The notes beneath the pieces were generated by a model, which saw nothing but the letters and a program-made list of their open reading frames with translations, did not search any database and was not told the DNA's origin. Positions 9,884-19,244 of a DNA stretch of 59,235 bases are shown piece by piece. Position 1 is the first letter of the stretch. Each line of letters starts with the position of its first letter. Origin of the DNA: an uncultured Succiniclasticum sp. (lineage in GTDB: Bacteria; Bacillota; Negativicutes; Acidaminococcales; Acidaminococcaceae); assembly GCA_905233365.1 (NCBI GenBank), contig CAJODT010000018.1:1-59235 (forward strand), read 5' to 3'. The translations under genes were made by a program, and so were the position numbers.

Positions 9884-9927
9884 GCAACATTCCTTTTGCA
9901 GTGAAAATGAAAACCGTTGAAGAATCT

Positions 9928-10030
9928 ATATATTAGATGGATAGTTTATATGTCTCTACAGGCGTAGCTGTAAGCTACAGAATTCAAACTGCAAAAGTGT
10001 GGAGGCATTGCGGTTTCCCCGCCGTTCCTG
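9928..10030 (-). repeat. ~102-bp repeat, right copy (inverted relative to 2375-2476)
   Basis: Its reverse complement aligns with 2375-2476 at about 87% identity by manual count. Confidence 0.9.
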
Positions 10031-10104
10031 TCCAAAATGGGGTAGCTTTATTCTTCACCGCCGCCGCTCCCACCACCCATCTACGGTGATAGTGCGTTAG
10101 CCGT

Positions 10105-10144
10105 AAAACCAAAAGCACAGCATGCCGGGTTGGGCAAGCTGTGC
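10105..10144 (-). terminator. Terminator downstream of the toxin gene
   Basis: Minus-strand hairpin GCACAGCTTGCC...GGCATGCTGTGC followed by TTTTGGTTTT. Confidence 0.55.
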
Positions 10145-10177
10145 CGTATGGATAGTTTTGTGCAACAGTTATGTATA

Positions 10178-10453
10178 TCAGCGGAAAATATCAGAATGAG
10201 TTCCTGTTCTGGAAAGCAACAGAAAAACTTCCTCCGCATCAACCCTGTAAATAAGGAGCCAATCGGGCTGAATATGACATTCGCGAAAGCCAATAAAGTC
10301 TCCGGTCAGCGAATGGTCATGATACTTTGCGTCCAGTGTGCTTTCCGCTGCCAGTTTATCTACAATATCATTAAGTAAATCCAGATTATAACCCCGCTTT
10401 TTGATTACTTTTAAGTCTCGCTTAAAACGGTTGGACAAGATTACCTCAAGCAT
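10178..10453 (-). CDS. yafQ: Type II TA toxin, YafQ family mRNA interferase
   Basis: FKRDLK, DHSLTG, RECHIQPDWLLIY and RTGTHSDIF motifs. Confidence 0.92.
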   Translation of the reverse strand: MLEVILSNRFKRDLKVIKKRGYNLDLLNDIVDKLAAESTLDAKYHDHSLTGDFIGFRECHIQPDWLLIYRVDAEEVFLLLSRTGTHSDIFR

Positions 10454-10727
10454 CGGTCAGCACCTCGTCCATAGCTTCTTTAAAGGTTGCGTATCTTTTA
10501 TATTTTTCCGGATGTTCCTTAATTGTATAATATTCATTCATGGCAGCGATGGTTTCTGCATTTGGGTTTTCCCTCGTAACGGCAAAGGGGATACCCTGCA
10601 CGCGCAACGATTGCCTGAAAAAGATGGTTACCGCTGTAGTAAGGTCCATGCCAAGATCTGCGTAAAGTTCCTGGCAGGCTTTTTTCAAATCAGCATCAAT
10701 ACTTAAATTTGTTGCAACTTTTGCCAT
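10446..10727 (-). CDS. dinJ: Type II TA antitoxin, RelB/DinJ family
   Basis: IDADLK...LGMDLTTAVTIF...GIPF...PNAETIAAM. Overlaps the toxin start. Confidence 0.9.
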   Translation of the reverse strand: MAKVATNLSIDADLKKACQELYADLGMDLTTAVTIFFRQSLRVQGIPFAVTRENPNAETIAAMNEYYTIKEHPEKYKRYATFKEAMDEVLTDA

Positions 10728-10995
10728 GTTGTCCTCCTTGCGTTCAAAGCATAACTGTTTTTGTCCGGGTTCAACCTATTTTGTACCAGGCAGATAGTGT
10801 TCTCTGTGGTTTGTCCTCTTTTTTCAATTATATAATCATTAAGGAAAGGAGTCAAGTTGTTATGTGCATTTCATGCGCATAACCTGCTTTTGTGATCGCC
10901 AATGCACACAAGCGCAGCTTGTCAAAACGGCAGACTGCGCAATTTTATCGTATAAAAACCGCCTGCCGGGCGGCAGGCGGTTACTGTTTTCAGGC

Positions 10996-11466
10996 CTATT
11001 TTTTCTTTGCTTTCTTTTCTTTTTTAGCGGCTTTCGCCGTTTCTTTTTTTGCTTTTACTTCTTCTTTAGCGGCAGCTTCCGCTGCTTTTACTTCGGCCTT
11101 CTTTGCTTTGGCTTCTTCTTTGGCGGCGGCCTTTTCAGCTTCTTTTTTTGCTTTTTCTTCCGCCTTGGCGGCTTTTGCCATTTCCTTTTCCGCTTTCTTT
11201 TTGGCTTTTGCCTCTTCCTTGGCTGCGATTGCGGCAGCTTTGGCTTCTGCGGCTGCTTTTTCTTTCGCGATTTTGCGGAGCTCGGTTACCGGTACGCCGC
11301 CGATGCCCCAGTTATCCATATCCACTTCGTCGATGGTGACAACAAGCGTTTTGGTGTTTTTGTGCAGCACGTCGGCCAGCAGTTTGGTAGCGCCTTCAAT
11401 GAGCTGGCGTTTCTGTGACGGAGTGACGTTACCTTCTTTTGTAATTTTAATGTTTACATAAGGCAT
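10996..11466 (-). CDS. 4-oxalocrotonate tautomerase family protein with a long Lys/Ala/Glu-rich C-terminal tail
   Basis: ATG 11466 after GAGGAG gives M-P-YVNIK (catalytic Pro1), QKRQLIEG and VVTIDEVDMDNWGIGG, followed by ~90 aa of AKKEAEKAAAK-type sequence. Confidence 0.85.
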   Translation of the reverse strand: MPYVNIKITKEGNVTPSQKRQLIEGATKLLADVLHKNTKTLVVTIDEVDMDNWGIGGVPVTELRKIAKEKAAAEAKAAAIAAKEEAKAKKKAEKEMAKAAKAEEKAKKEAEKAAAKEEAKAKKAEVKAAEAAAKEEVKAKKETAKAAKKEKKAKKK

Positions 11467-11740
11467 AATGAAAATCTCCTCTCGAAATTGAAATGACATT
11501 TTGTAAGAATTGTATTGGCCCTGTGACTTGGCAATTCCAAAATTAAAAGAAAAAACGGTTGGTTTTTACTGATATATATTTTATAATACTTTTGGGATAA
11601 TAGCTACAAGATTTTTAAAATTGTAGATTTTTTTTTAGAGAACGGTACGAAATGCAGCCGCGAATGTGCAGAAAGCCAGTGTTTTTATGTTTTGCTGCTG
11701 ATAATGCAGTGCGTAAACGGTGGAACAAAAGGAGAAGAAA

Positions 11741-11953
11741 ATGTCAGGTGGCTTGGGAAAGACGCTGATCCAGTTAGGGGTCGTTCTGATCGTTGCGGGT
11801 GTGGTGATCCATTTTGGAGGCAAGTTCCTGCCTTTTGGCAACCTGCCGGGCGATATCCACGTGGAAGGCAAACACGGCAGTTTCTATTTTCCCTGGGTGA
11901 GTTGCATTGTGATCAGCATCGTGTTAAGCTTGCTGGCGCATTTTTTCCGGTGA
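11741..11953 (+). CDS. DUF2905 family small membrane protein
   Basis: GNLPGDI...FYFPWVSCIVISIVLSL motif. AAGGAG RBS. Confidence 0.8.
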   Translation: MSGGLGKTLIQLGVVLIVAGVVIHFGGKFLPFGNLPGDIHVEGKHGSFYFPWVSCIVISIVLSLLAHFFR

Positions 11954-12032
11954 TGCTAGCTGCAATTTTTCCGCTTTTTAGTATGTTCAGCGTAAAACAA
12001 GTGCTGCTTTTGTAAAATGAAAGGATAGTAAT

Positions 12033-12509
12033 ATGTTTGGTTCGATATTTGGAAAAAAGAAAGATACGTTTGCCAGTCCGTTTACCGGGCGGCTTTGCTC
12101 TATTACGGAAACGCCGGACGAAGCCTTTGCGGAAAAGATGAACGGCGACGGGTTTATGGTGGAACCGGCTGACGGCGATGTGTTCGCGCCTGCCGACAGC
12201 ACGGTGAATTTTGTGTTTGAAACAAAGCACGCCTTGGGGCTGACCACGAAAGAGGGCATGGAATACATGCTGCATATCGGTATTGATACGGTGAATTTGC
12301 AGGGCAGGGGCTTTTCGGTATTTGTAAAAGACGGGCAGGAAGTGAAGAAAGGCGACAGGCTGATAACCTTTGACACGGCCTATGTGAAAGCCAACGCTCC
12401 CTCTGACGCATGCCTCTGTGTATTCACCGATCTGCCGGAGGGCAAAGAGGTAGCGCTGTTAAAATCAGGTAACGTCAAAGCAATGGAAGAAGCGGTGGAG
12501 ATAAAATGA
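12033..12509 (+). CDS. crr: PTS glucose-type EIIA component
   Basis: PDEAFAEKMNGDG, FETKHA and LHIGIDTVNL (phospho-His). Confidence 0.9.
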   Translation: MFGSIFGKKKDTFASPFTGRLCSITETPDEAFAEKMNGDGFMVEPADGDVFAPADSTVNFVFETKHALGLTTKEGMEYMLHIGIDTVNLQGRGFSVFVKDGQEVKKGDRLITFDTAYVKANAPSDACLCVFTDLPEGKEVALLKSGNVKAMEEAVEIK

Positions 12510-13150
12510 AATACAAAGCAATCATTTTTGACTTGGACGGTACGCTGCTGGACACGCTGACGGATCTGGCAGAGGGGACGAATTACGCATTGCGTGTCAA
12601 CGGGTTCCCGGAGCGGACGATGGATGAGATCCGCCGTTTTGTGGGCAACGGAGCGCGCAAGCTGATTGAGCGGGCTGTACCGGAGGGGCAGGTGGAAACG
12701 GCGCTGGAAAAGGTCAGGCAGTCTTTTGATATTTATTATAAAGTACATTGCAAAGATCATACGGGGCCCTATCCCGGCATCATGGAAATGCTGAAAGAGC
12801 TGGCGCAAAAGGGATATGCGCTGGGTGTGGTGTCTAACAAACCGGATTTTGCGGTGCAGGAACTGATTCCCGGATATTTTCCGGGCCTGTTTGATTCAGT
12901 GTCCGGGGAACGGGAAGGCGTGGCCAAGAAGCCGGCGCCGGATCTGATCTGGGAAGCCATGAAGAATCTTCAGGTTAACAGTTCGGAAGCAATCTATGTC
13001 GGCGATTCGGAAGTGGATCTGGAAGCGGCGGCTAATGCAGGCATTCCCTGCATCAGCGTGGCCTGGGGCTTTAAGGGTCGGAAGTTCCTGGAAGAGCAGC
13101 AGGCGGAAATGATCATTGAGACGCCGGCAGAGATTTTTCACTATTTGTGA
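12506..13150 (+). CDS. HAD-family hydrolase (phosphoglycolate phosphatase-like)
   Basis: IFDLDGTLLDT, SNK, KKPAPD and YVGDSEVD motifs. Confidence 0.9.
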   Translation: MKYKAIIFDLDGTLLDTLTDLAEGTNYALRVNGFPERTMDEIRRFVGNGARKLIERAVPEGQVETALEKVRQSFDIYYKVHCKDHTGPYPGIMEMLKELAQKGYALGVVSNKPDFAVQELIPGYFPGLFDSVSGEREGVAKKPAPDLIWEAMKNLQVNSSEAIYVGDSEVDLEAAANAGIPCISVAWGFKGRKFLEEQQAEMIIETPAEIFHYL

Positions 13151-13239
13151 GAGCGTCAGCAGGAGTTACCAACAGCACAAGGTCGCGCAGTAGCAGCACC
13201 ATTGTTTCCGTGAATTGCGCGAAACATAATAATGATGGT

Positions 13240-13279
13240 TTTGCTGATACGAATGCAAACTCGTTGAATCAGCGTTTCC
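13240..13279. mobile_element. Degenerate MITE end (family of 45406-45563)
   Basis: ...CAAACTCGTTGAATCAGCGTTTCC resembles the 3' end CAAACTCATTTAATCAGTGTCTCC of the full copies. Confidence 0.5.
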
Positions 13280-13396
13280 ATATATTTAAAAATGTGGTAA
13301 AATAAACATTACGGCGACAGGCCGTCAGGAAACGAAGTCTTTACGTTTCCTGCATTATATTTTATTTGCCGGAGAGCAAAGGAGAGGGGCAGAACG

Positions 13397-13666
13397 ATGC
13401 GTATTGTAGTCACTGTTGTAGGAAAGGATAAGGTTGGCATCATTGCCAAAGTTACCAATATACTGGCCAATAATCAGGTCAACGTCCTGAATATCAACCA
13501 GAATATTATGGACGGCTTCTTTAACATGGTTCTGATTGCGGATATGACGGATTCCAAAATGAGCATTAAGTCATTGAAAGAGCATCTGGACAGGCTGTCG
13601 GAAGAAATCGGTCTGGAGATTCGCGTGCAGAGTGAAGATATCTTCACTGCCATGCACCAGATTTAA
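13397..13666 (+). CDS. ACT domain protein (UPF0237-like)
   Basis: [14 protein letters not shown]...[12 protein letters not shown]. This family is typically found upstream of a DUF711 gene. Confidence 0.88.
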   Translation: MRIVVTVVGKDKVGIIAKVTNILANNQVNVLNINQNIMDGFFNMVLIADMTDSKMSIKSLKEHLDRLSEEIGLEIRVQSEDIFTAMHQI

Positions 13667-13680
13667 GCGGAGGGTTCGTC

Positions 13681-15045
13681 ATGTCAGTATTAACATTTAA
13701 TGATGTGCTGGAAACCACGCAGATGATCACGCACCACAACCTGGATGTGCGTACCATCACCATGGGCATCAGCCTCCGGGACTGCGGGCATCCGGATGTG
13801 AAAGTCTGCGCGGATAAAATCTATGACAAAATTACGAAAAAAGCGGAAAAGCTGGTGCAGACCGGGGAGGATATTGAATCCGACCTGGGCGTGCCGATCA
13901 TCAATAAACGTATTTCCGTAACGCCGATCTCCATGGTGGGCGAAAGCTGTGATACCAATGATTATGTGCCCCTGGCCAAAGCGCTGGACAAAGCAGCCCA
14001 TGAAGTGGGGGTAAACTTTATCGGCGGCTTCAGCGCGCTGGTGGACAAAGGCTATACCAAAGGCGACCGGAACCTGATCGCTTCCATTCCGGAAGCGCTG
14101 GCCACAACGGACGTGGTCTGCTCTTCTGTCAACGTCGGTTCTACCAAAGCCGGCATCAACATGGACGCGGTGGCGGAGATGGGGCGCGTGGTGAAAGAGA
14201 CTGCGGAAAAAACGGCGGCCAATGACGCCATCGGCTGTGCGAAGCTGGTGGTGTTCTGTAACGCGGTAAACGATAATCCCTTTATGGCCGGTGCCTTCCA
14301 CGGCGTAACGGAACCGGAATCCGTGGTCAGCGTAGGCGTCAGCGGGCCCGGCGTGGTGAAACATGCGCTGGAAGCGGTGCGCGGGCAGGACATCGGCGCG
14401 GTGGCGGAAGTGATCAAACGCACTGCGTTTAAAATCACCCGCGTGGGCCAGCTGGTTGCCCAGGAAGCGGCGAAACGGCTGAACACACAGTTCGGTATCA
14501 TCGACCTGTCGCTGGCGCCTACACCGGCAGTCGGCGACTCGGTAGCCCATATTTTAGAAGAAATCGGTCTGGAAAGCTGCGGCGGCCCCGGTACTACGGC
14601 AACCCTTGCCATGCTGAACGACGCGGTGAAAAAGGGCGGGCTGATGGCGTCCAGCTATGTGGGCGGCCTGTCCGGCGCCTTTATTCCCGTCAGTGAGGAT
14701 GCGGGCATGATTGCGGCAGTAGAACGCGGCAGCCTGTGCCTGGAAAAACTGGAAGCCATGACCTGCGTCTGCTCCGTTGGTTTGGACATGATCGCCATTC
14801 CCGGCGATACTACGGCAGAAACCATTGCGGCTATTATTGCGGACGAATCCGCTATCGGCATGATCAACAACAAGACCACAGCGGTGCGCGTCATTCCCGT
14901 CCCGGGCAAAGGCGTGGGCGAGACTGTGGAATTTGGCGGCCTTCTGGGTCATGCGCCCATCATGGGTGTCAGCAAATTTAAAGCAGACACCTTTATCGCC
15001 CGGGGCGGACGGATCCCGGCGCCGGTGCGGAGTTTGACAAACTGA
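13681..15045 (+). CDS. PFL-like UPF0210/DUF711 protein
   Basis: [38 protein letters not shown] and GGRIPAP motifs. Confidence 0.9.
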   Translation: MSVLTFNDVLETTQMITHHNLDVRTITMGISLRDCGHPDVKVCADKIYDKITKKAEKLVQTGEDIESDLGVPIINKRISVTPISMVGESCDTNDYVPLAKALDKAAHEVGVNFIGGFSALVDKGYTKGDRNLIASIPEALATTDVVCSSVNVGSTKAGINMDAVAEMGRVVKETAEKTAANDAIGCAKLVVFCNAVNDNPFMAGAFHGVTEPESVVSVGVSGPGVVKHALEAVRGQDIGAVAEVIKRTAFKITRVGQLVAQEAAKRLNTQFGIIDLSLAPTPAVGDSVAHILEEIGLESCGGPGTTATLAMLNDAVKKGGLMASSYVGGLSGAFIPVSEDAGMIAAVERGSLCLEKLEAMTCVCSVGLDMIAIPGDTTAETIAAIIADESAIGMINNKTTAVRVIPVPGKGVGETVEFGGLLGHAPIMGVSKFKADTFIARGGRIPAPVRSLTN

Positions 15046-15203
15046 TTTTGAATATTTCTGTTGCAACACGTAACTTCAATAAAACTGTACAACAGCCTTT
15101 GGTTTGCTCCGAAGGCTGTTTTTGTAAAAGGTAGGCTGTTACCGATACATTCATATACAAACGGAAAGAGGCATCCGCCGGACAATAGCAAGAGGAACAA
15201 ACC

Positions 15204-15842
15204 ATGCGTAAAAAAGACAAACTGGAAATCATCGCCGCGCTGGAACAACGCTATAAAGGAATCGGGACTGCGCTGCGTTACAATTCGCCTTTTGAACTGC
15301 TGTGTGCCGTCATCATGTCGGCCCAATGTACGGACGAACGGATCAACAAAATTACTGCCCGCATTTTCCCGCGGCTGAATACGCCGGAAAAAATGGGAGC
15401 GCTGACACAGGAGCAATTGGAAGAGGAAATCCGGGACTGCGGCCTGTACCGGGCAAAGGCGAGAAACCTGCTGGGCATGTGCCACATGCTGACGGAAGAA
15501 TTTGGTGGTGTGGTTCCTAAAGACATTCCCACTTTGATGAAGCTGCCCGGCGTGGGACGGAAGACGGCAGACGTGATTGCCAGTGTGGTCTATAAAATTC
15601 CGGCCATTGCGGTGGATACCCATGTGTTCCGCACGTCGCACCGCCTGGGTTTGTCAGATGCAAAAACGCCGGAAGCAACCGAACTGGACCTGCAGAAGCT
15701 GATTCCCAAAAACAAATGGGCGGAAGCGCACCACTGGTTCATCTGGCACGGACGGCTTACCTGCAAGGCACGGAAACCTCTGTGCGAAGAGTGCGTGTGC
15801 CTGCAGCTGTGTCCGTTTGAAGAGAAAAATGTAACAAAGTAA
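15204..15842 (+). CDS. nth: Endonuclease III
   Basis: SAQCTD, HhH LPGVGRKTA, AVDTHVFR and C-terminal CKARKPLCEECVCLQLC Fe-S motif. Confidence 0.95.
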   Translation: MRKKDKLEIIAALEQRYKGIGTALRYNSPFELLCAVIMSAQCTDERINKITARIFPRLNTPEKMGALTQEQLEEEIRDCGLYRAKARNLLGMCHMLTEEFGGVVPKDIPTLMKLPGVGRKTADVIASVVYKIPAIAVDTHVFRTSHRLGLSDAKTPEATELDLQKLIPKNKWAEAHHWFIWHGRLTCKARKPLCEECVCLQLCPFEEKNVTK

Positions 15843-15856
15843 TAGGGAGGGATTAT

Positions 15857-17081
15857 TTGCAACCGGAAACAGTATTAAAAGAGTGGTTCGCGTATGAACA
15901 GTTCAGACCCGGACAACGTGAAGTGGTGGACGCAATTCTCAGTGGCAGGGACTGCCTCGCGGTGTTGCCAACAGGTGCAATCCATATGCTTTCAGGTTCC
16001 TGCCCTGATGCAGACGGGGCTGACCTATGTTATTTCGCCGCTGATATCCCTGATGGAAGACCAGGTTGCTCATCTGCAGCAGGCCAACATTCCGGCCGTC
16101 TGTATCAACAGCGGTATGAGTAAGCATACTTATAATGAAGTTATGTATGATATTCACACCGGTGTTTATAAACTGGTTTATCTTTCGCCGGAACGGTTAC
16201 TGAACGAATGGTTTCTCCGGTTCGCCTTAAAGAATCCGCCGGATTTTGTGGTGGTGGACGAGGCGCATTGCGTATCCCAGTGGGGACATGACTTCCGGCC
16301 ATCGTACCTGAAAATCCGGGAGTTCATGGAAAAACTGCCGAAACGGCCTATGTATGCAGCCTTTACCGCCACGGCCACGCCAAGGGTACGGCAGGATATT
16401 GTCGGCAGTCTGGGACTTGCGGATCCGGCGGTGATCATCCGGAGCTTCGACCGCCCCAATCTGTTTTTTGCCAAAAAATCTCCGGCGGATAAGGACAGGG
16501 CGCTGCTGGACGAACTGGAGAAAGTAAAAGGAAAAAGCGGCATCGTTTACTGTTCTACCCATCAGAATGTGGAACGGTGCTTCCGGCTCCTGCGGCAGCA
16601 CGGGTACAATGTTGCCCGCTACCATGCCGGGTTGTCTGTGGGGGAACGGACGGTAGCACAGTCTGCGTTTTTAAGCGGTTCCGTGCAGATCATTGCAGCA
16701 ACGAGTGCATTTGGGATGGGCATAGATAAGAGTGATTTAACGTTTATCATCCATTACAACATGCCCCAGAGCCTGGAGGAGTATTATCAGGAAGCGGGCC
16801 GGGCCGGGCGGAACGGAGAAAACGCGCGTTGCACCCTGTTTTACAGTCAGGAGGATCTGCGGGTCGGGGAATCGTTGGCGCAACAGCAGGAAAAACCGGA
16901 GCGGGCGTTGCAGCTTCTTGCGTCCATGTGGGAGTATTGTAACTGTGACGGCTGCCTGCGCAACCACATTTTGCGATATTTTGGGGAAACGGGAAGCCAA
17001 GGCTGCGGAAACTGCAGTTCCTGTTGTGCATCAGCCTGGTGGCAACAATTCACAAATATTTTCCGAAATGAGCCCAATTAA
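15857..17081 (+). pseudogene. recQ: RecQ-family helicase, frameshifted in Walker A near 15978
   Basis: The TTG 15857 frame gives FRPGQ...VLPTGA. The next frame gives SICFQ, DEAHCVSQWGHDFRP, TATAT and QEAGRAGR. The GK of PTGAGKS is missing. No RQC winged helix or HRDC domain is evident. Confidence 0.75.
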
Positions 17082-17157
17082 TAGAAGCCTTTTTGCAGGA
17101 AAAACGCTGTCAACAGAGAATAAGATAAACAATATGGAATGAAACAAGTGTATTTAA

Positions 17158-17174
17158 GGAAACACTGATTAATT
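17158..17174. mobile_element. Solo MITE terminal repeat
   Basis: TTAA-GGAAACACTGATTAATT, identical to the left end of the copy at 45406. Confidence 0.65.
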
Positions 17175-17228
17175 GCAATCGTTAGAAGGAAAGCCGTCTC
17201 ATCATACGCTGTTCAGGAGGTTGTTTTT

Positions 17229-18836
17229 ATGAAGCTGACTTTTTTAGGCGCAGCCCGGACTGTGACAGGATCCTGTTATTTACTGGAAGTGAATGGGAAA
17301 AAGATGCTGGTGGACTGCGGCATGTTCCAGGGTTCCAAATCCGTCAAAGATTTTAATGAAAAGCCCTTTGCCTTCAATCCGGCGGAGGTGGACGCCATGG
17401 TCCTGACCCATGCCCATGTGGACCACAGCGGCCTGATCCCCCGTTTGGTGAAGGAAGGCTTTAAAGGCCGCGTTCACTGCACAAAATCGACCCAGCAGCT
17501 GTGTACGATTCTGCTGCCTGACAGCGCCCACATCCAGGAATCCGATGCGGCATATGCCAACCGCAAAGGCCTGCGGGCGGGAAAATCCCAGGTGCTGCCC
17601 CTGTTTACGGTAGATGATGCCTACACGGCGCTGCAGCATTTCTATGTCCACAATTTTGAGGAACCCTTTGAGGTCATTCCGGGTGTGACGGCCAGGCTCC
17701 GGGTGGCGGGTCATATCCTGGGCAGCTCGGTGGTGCGTCTGGAAATAGAAGAAAACGGTAAAAAGACGACGATGATCTTTTCCGGCGACGTGGGGCAGCC
17801 GAAGCAGCCCATCGTGGAAGATCCTGCCATTCTGAAAGGCGCGGACTTTATTGTAACGGAATCCACGTACGGGAACCGCAAGCATAAAGTCTATGACAAA
17901 GAAGCGGAGCTGGCAAGGGTCGTCAATGAAACCGTGGCGCGTGGCGGCAATGTGGTCATCCCTGCGTTTGCGGTGGGCCGTACCCAGGTGCTGCTGTATT
18001 ATTTCCAGAAGCTGACACAGGAAGGGAAGATACCGGACGTGCCGATTTACATCGACAGCCCGTTGGCTACCAAGGCGACGGGGATCACCCTGGCCAACAA
18101 AGACGAGTATGACGCAGAGACCCGGGCGCTGGTGGAATTTCAGGGAGACCGGCTGTTTGCCATGAAGAATGCGCGCTTTACGCCGACGCCGGAAGAGTCC
18201 CGCATGATCAACAGCGTGGAAGGCCCGAAGATTATCATGTCTGCCAGCGGCATGGCGGACGCGGGACGTATCCTGCATCACCTGAAGCACAACCTGTGGC
18301 GTCCGGAATGTTCGGTAGTCTTTGCCGGTTATCAGGCAGAGGGTACCATGGGCCGGATTTTGATTGACGGCGTCAAGAAAGTTAAGATTTTGGGCGAGAC
18401 CATCCATGTGGCCGCGCAGATCGTCAACATGACCGGCTTCTCTGCCCATGCGGATAAAGACCAGCTTCTGGACTGGTATAAGAAAATGCCGCAAAAACCG
18501 AAAATCTTCTTTGTGACACACGGTGAATTTGATTCAGCCGTCGAACTGTCCAAAGGCCTGCAGATGCAGCTGGGAACGGCGACCTATATCCCCAAATACG
18601 GCGACAGCATTGTCATAGACGGTACGGATTATGTGATCGAAGCGGCGCCGGAGATCGAGACCACGCCGGAAGTAGCGGAACTGCAGGATTCCATTTCCGC
18701 AATGGAACGGAACTATATGCAGTACCGGAACAAAATTGAGCAGATCGCTCTGCGGGACAGCGCCAAAGCGGATCAGATGCGGAAGAAGCTGGAGAAGGTC
18801 CGCCGTTATATGGACGACATGCTGGGAAATATTTAA
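17229..18836 (+). CDS. MBL-fold beta-CASP ribonuclease
   Basis: THAHVDHSG, AGHILGS, ESTYG, PAFAVGR and FSAHAD motifs. Confidence 0.92.
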   Translation: MKLTFLGAARTVTGSCYLLEVNGKKMLVDCGMFQGSKSVKDFNEKPFAFNPAEVDAMVLTHAHVDHSGLIPRLVKEGFKGRVHCTKSTQQLCTILLPDSAHIQESDAAYANRKGLRAGKSQVLPLFTVDDAYTALQHFYVHNFEEPFEVIPGVTARLRVAGHILGSSVVRLEIEENGKKTTMIFSGDVGQPKQPIVEDPAILKGADFIVTESTYGNRKHKVYDKEAELARVVNETVARGGNVVIPAFAVGRTQVLLYYFQKLTQEGKIPDVPIYIDSPLATKATGITLANKDEYDAETRALVEFQGDRLFAMKNARFTPTPEESRMINSVEGPKIIMSASGMADAGRILHHLKHNLWRPECSVVFAGYQAEGTMGRILIDGVKKVKILGETIHVAAQIVNMTGFSAHADKDQLLDWYKKMPQKPKIFFVTHGEFDSAVELSKGLQMQLGTATYIPKYGDSIVIDGTDYVIEAAPEIETTPEVAELQDSISAMERNYMQYRNKIEQIALRDSAKADQMRKKLEKVRRYMDDMLGNI

Positions 18837-18850
18837 GTTTGACCTGCAAA

Positions 18851-18913
18851 GCGTTGGCGCAGTCAGTCGAAAAATGTACCGTTCAGTGCGCATACGGCTT
18901 AATTAGCGTTTCC
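18851..18913. mobile_element. Degenerate MITE half-copy
   Basis: GCGTTGGCGCAGTCAGTCG...TTAATTAGCGTTTCC aligns with the 3' half of 20413-20571. Confidence 0.6.
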
Positions 18914-18951
18914 TTAGTGTATTAAATGTAAACAAAATGTGAAAAAAGTCA

Positions 18952-18980
18952 TTGACATTTGAAAACCGCCTTGCTATACT
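18952..18980 (+). promoter_or_regulatory. Sigma-A promoter of the T-box/TRAP operon
   Basis: TTGACA-17 nt-TATACT. Confidence 0.85.
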
Positions 18981-18996
18981 TGACTTAATTTCAAAC

Positions 18997-19220
18997 AGAA
19001 GTTATGAACAGGAATGGTTTTAACTGCGGACTCCAGAGAGCCGGCGGCTGGTGCAAGCCGGTGGAAGCGTTAACACTTCTCGCCTGGGAACTCTTTATCT
19101 GAAGGGCCTTGCCTTTAGGGTAAAGCGCTGCGGCGGCGTTACAGGCCAGAGAGTATAATGTAGGGTGGTACCGCGTGAACAACGCCCCTGCCGGAATAAT
19201 CCGACAGGGGTTATTTTTTT
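18997..19220 (+). ncRNA. T-box riboswitch, specifier most likely CUC (Leu)
   Basis: Stem I with GA motif (AGTTATGAACAGG...CCTGGGAACT), AGAGA bulge and GGTGCAA loop. T-box AGGGTGGTACCGCG at 19162-19175. Terminator CCCCTG...CAGGGG plus T run at 19185-19220. CTC-G at 19079-19082 sits just before the closing helix. Confidence 0.88.
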
Positions 19221-19244
19221 TAAATAAGGAGTGGAGGAAAAATT

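Noticed and set aside
10864-11461. Phe/Ala/Ser-rich plus-strand ORFs that look like membrane proteins
   Set aside because: They are the reverse complement of the Lys/Ala codons in the tautomerase tail.
13311-13352. Two small hairpins in the leader of the ACT/DUF711 operon
   Set aside because: Too short to call a regulatory RNA without comparative data.
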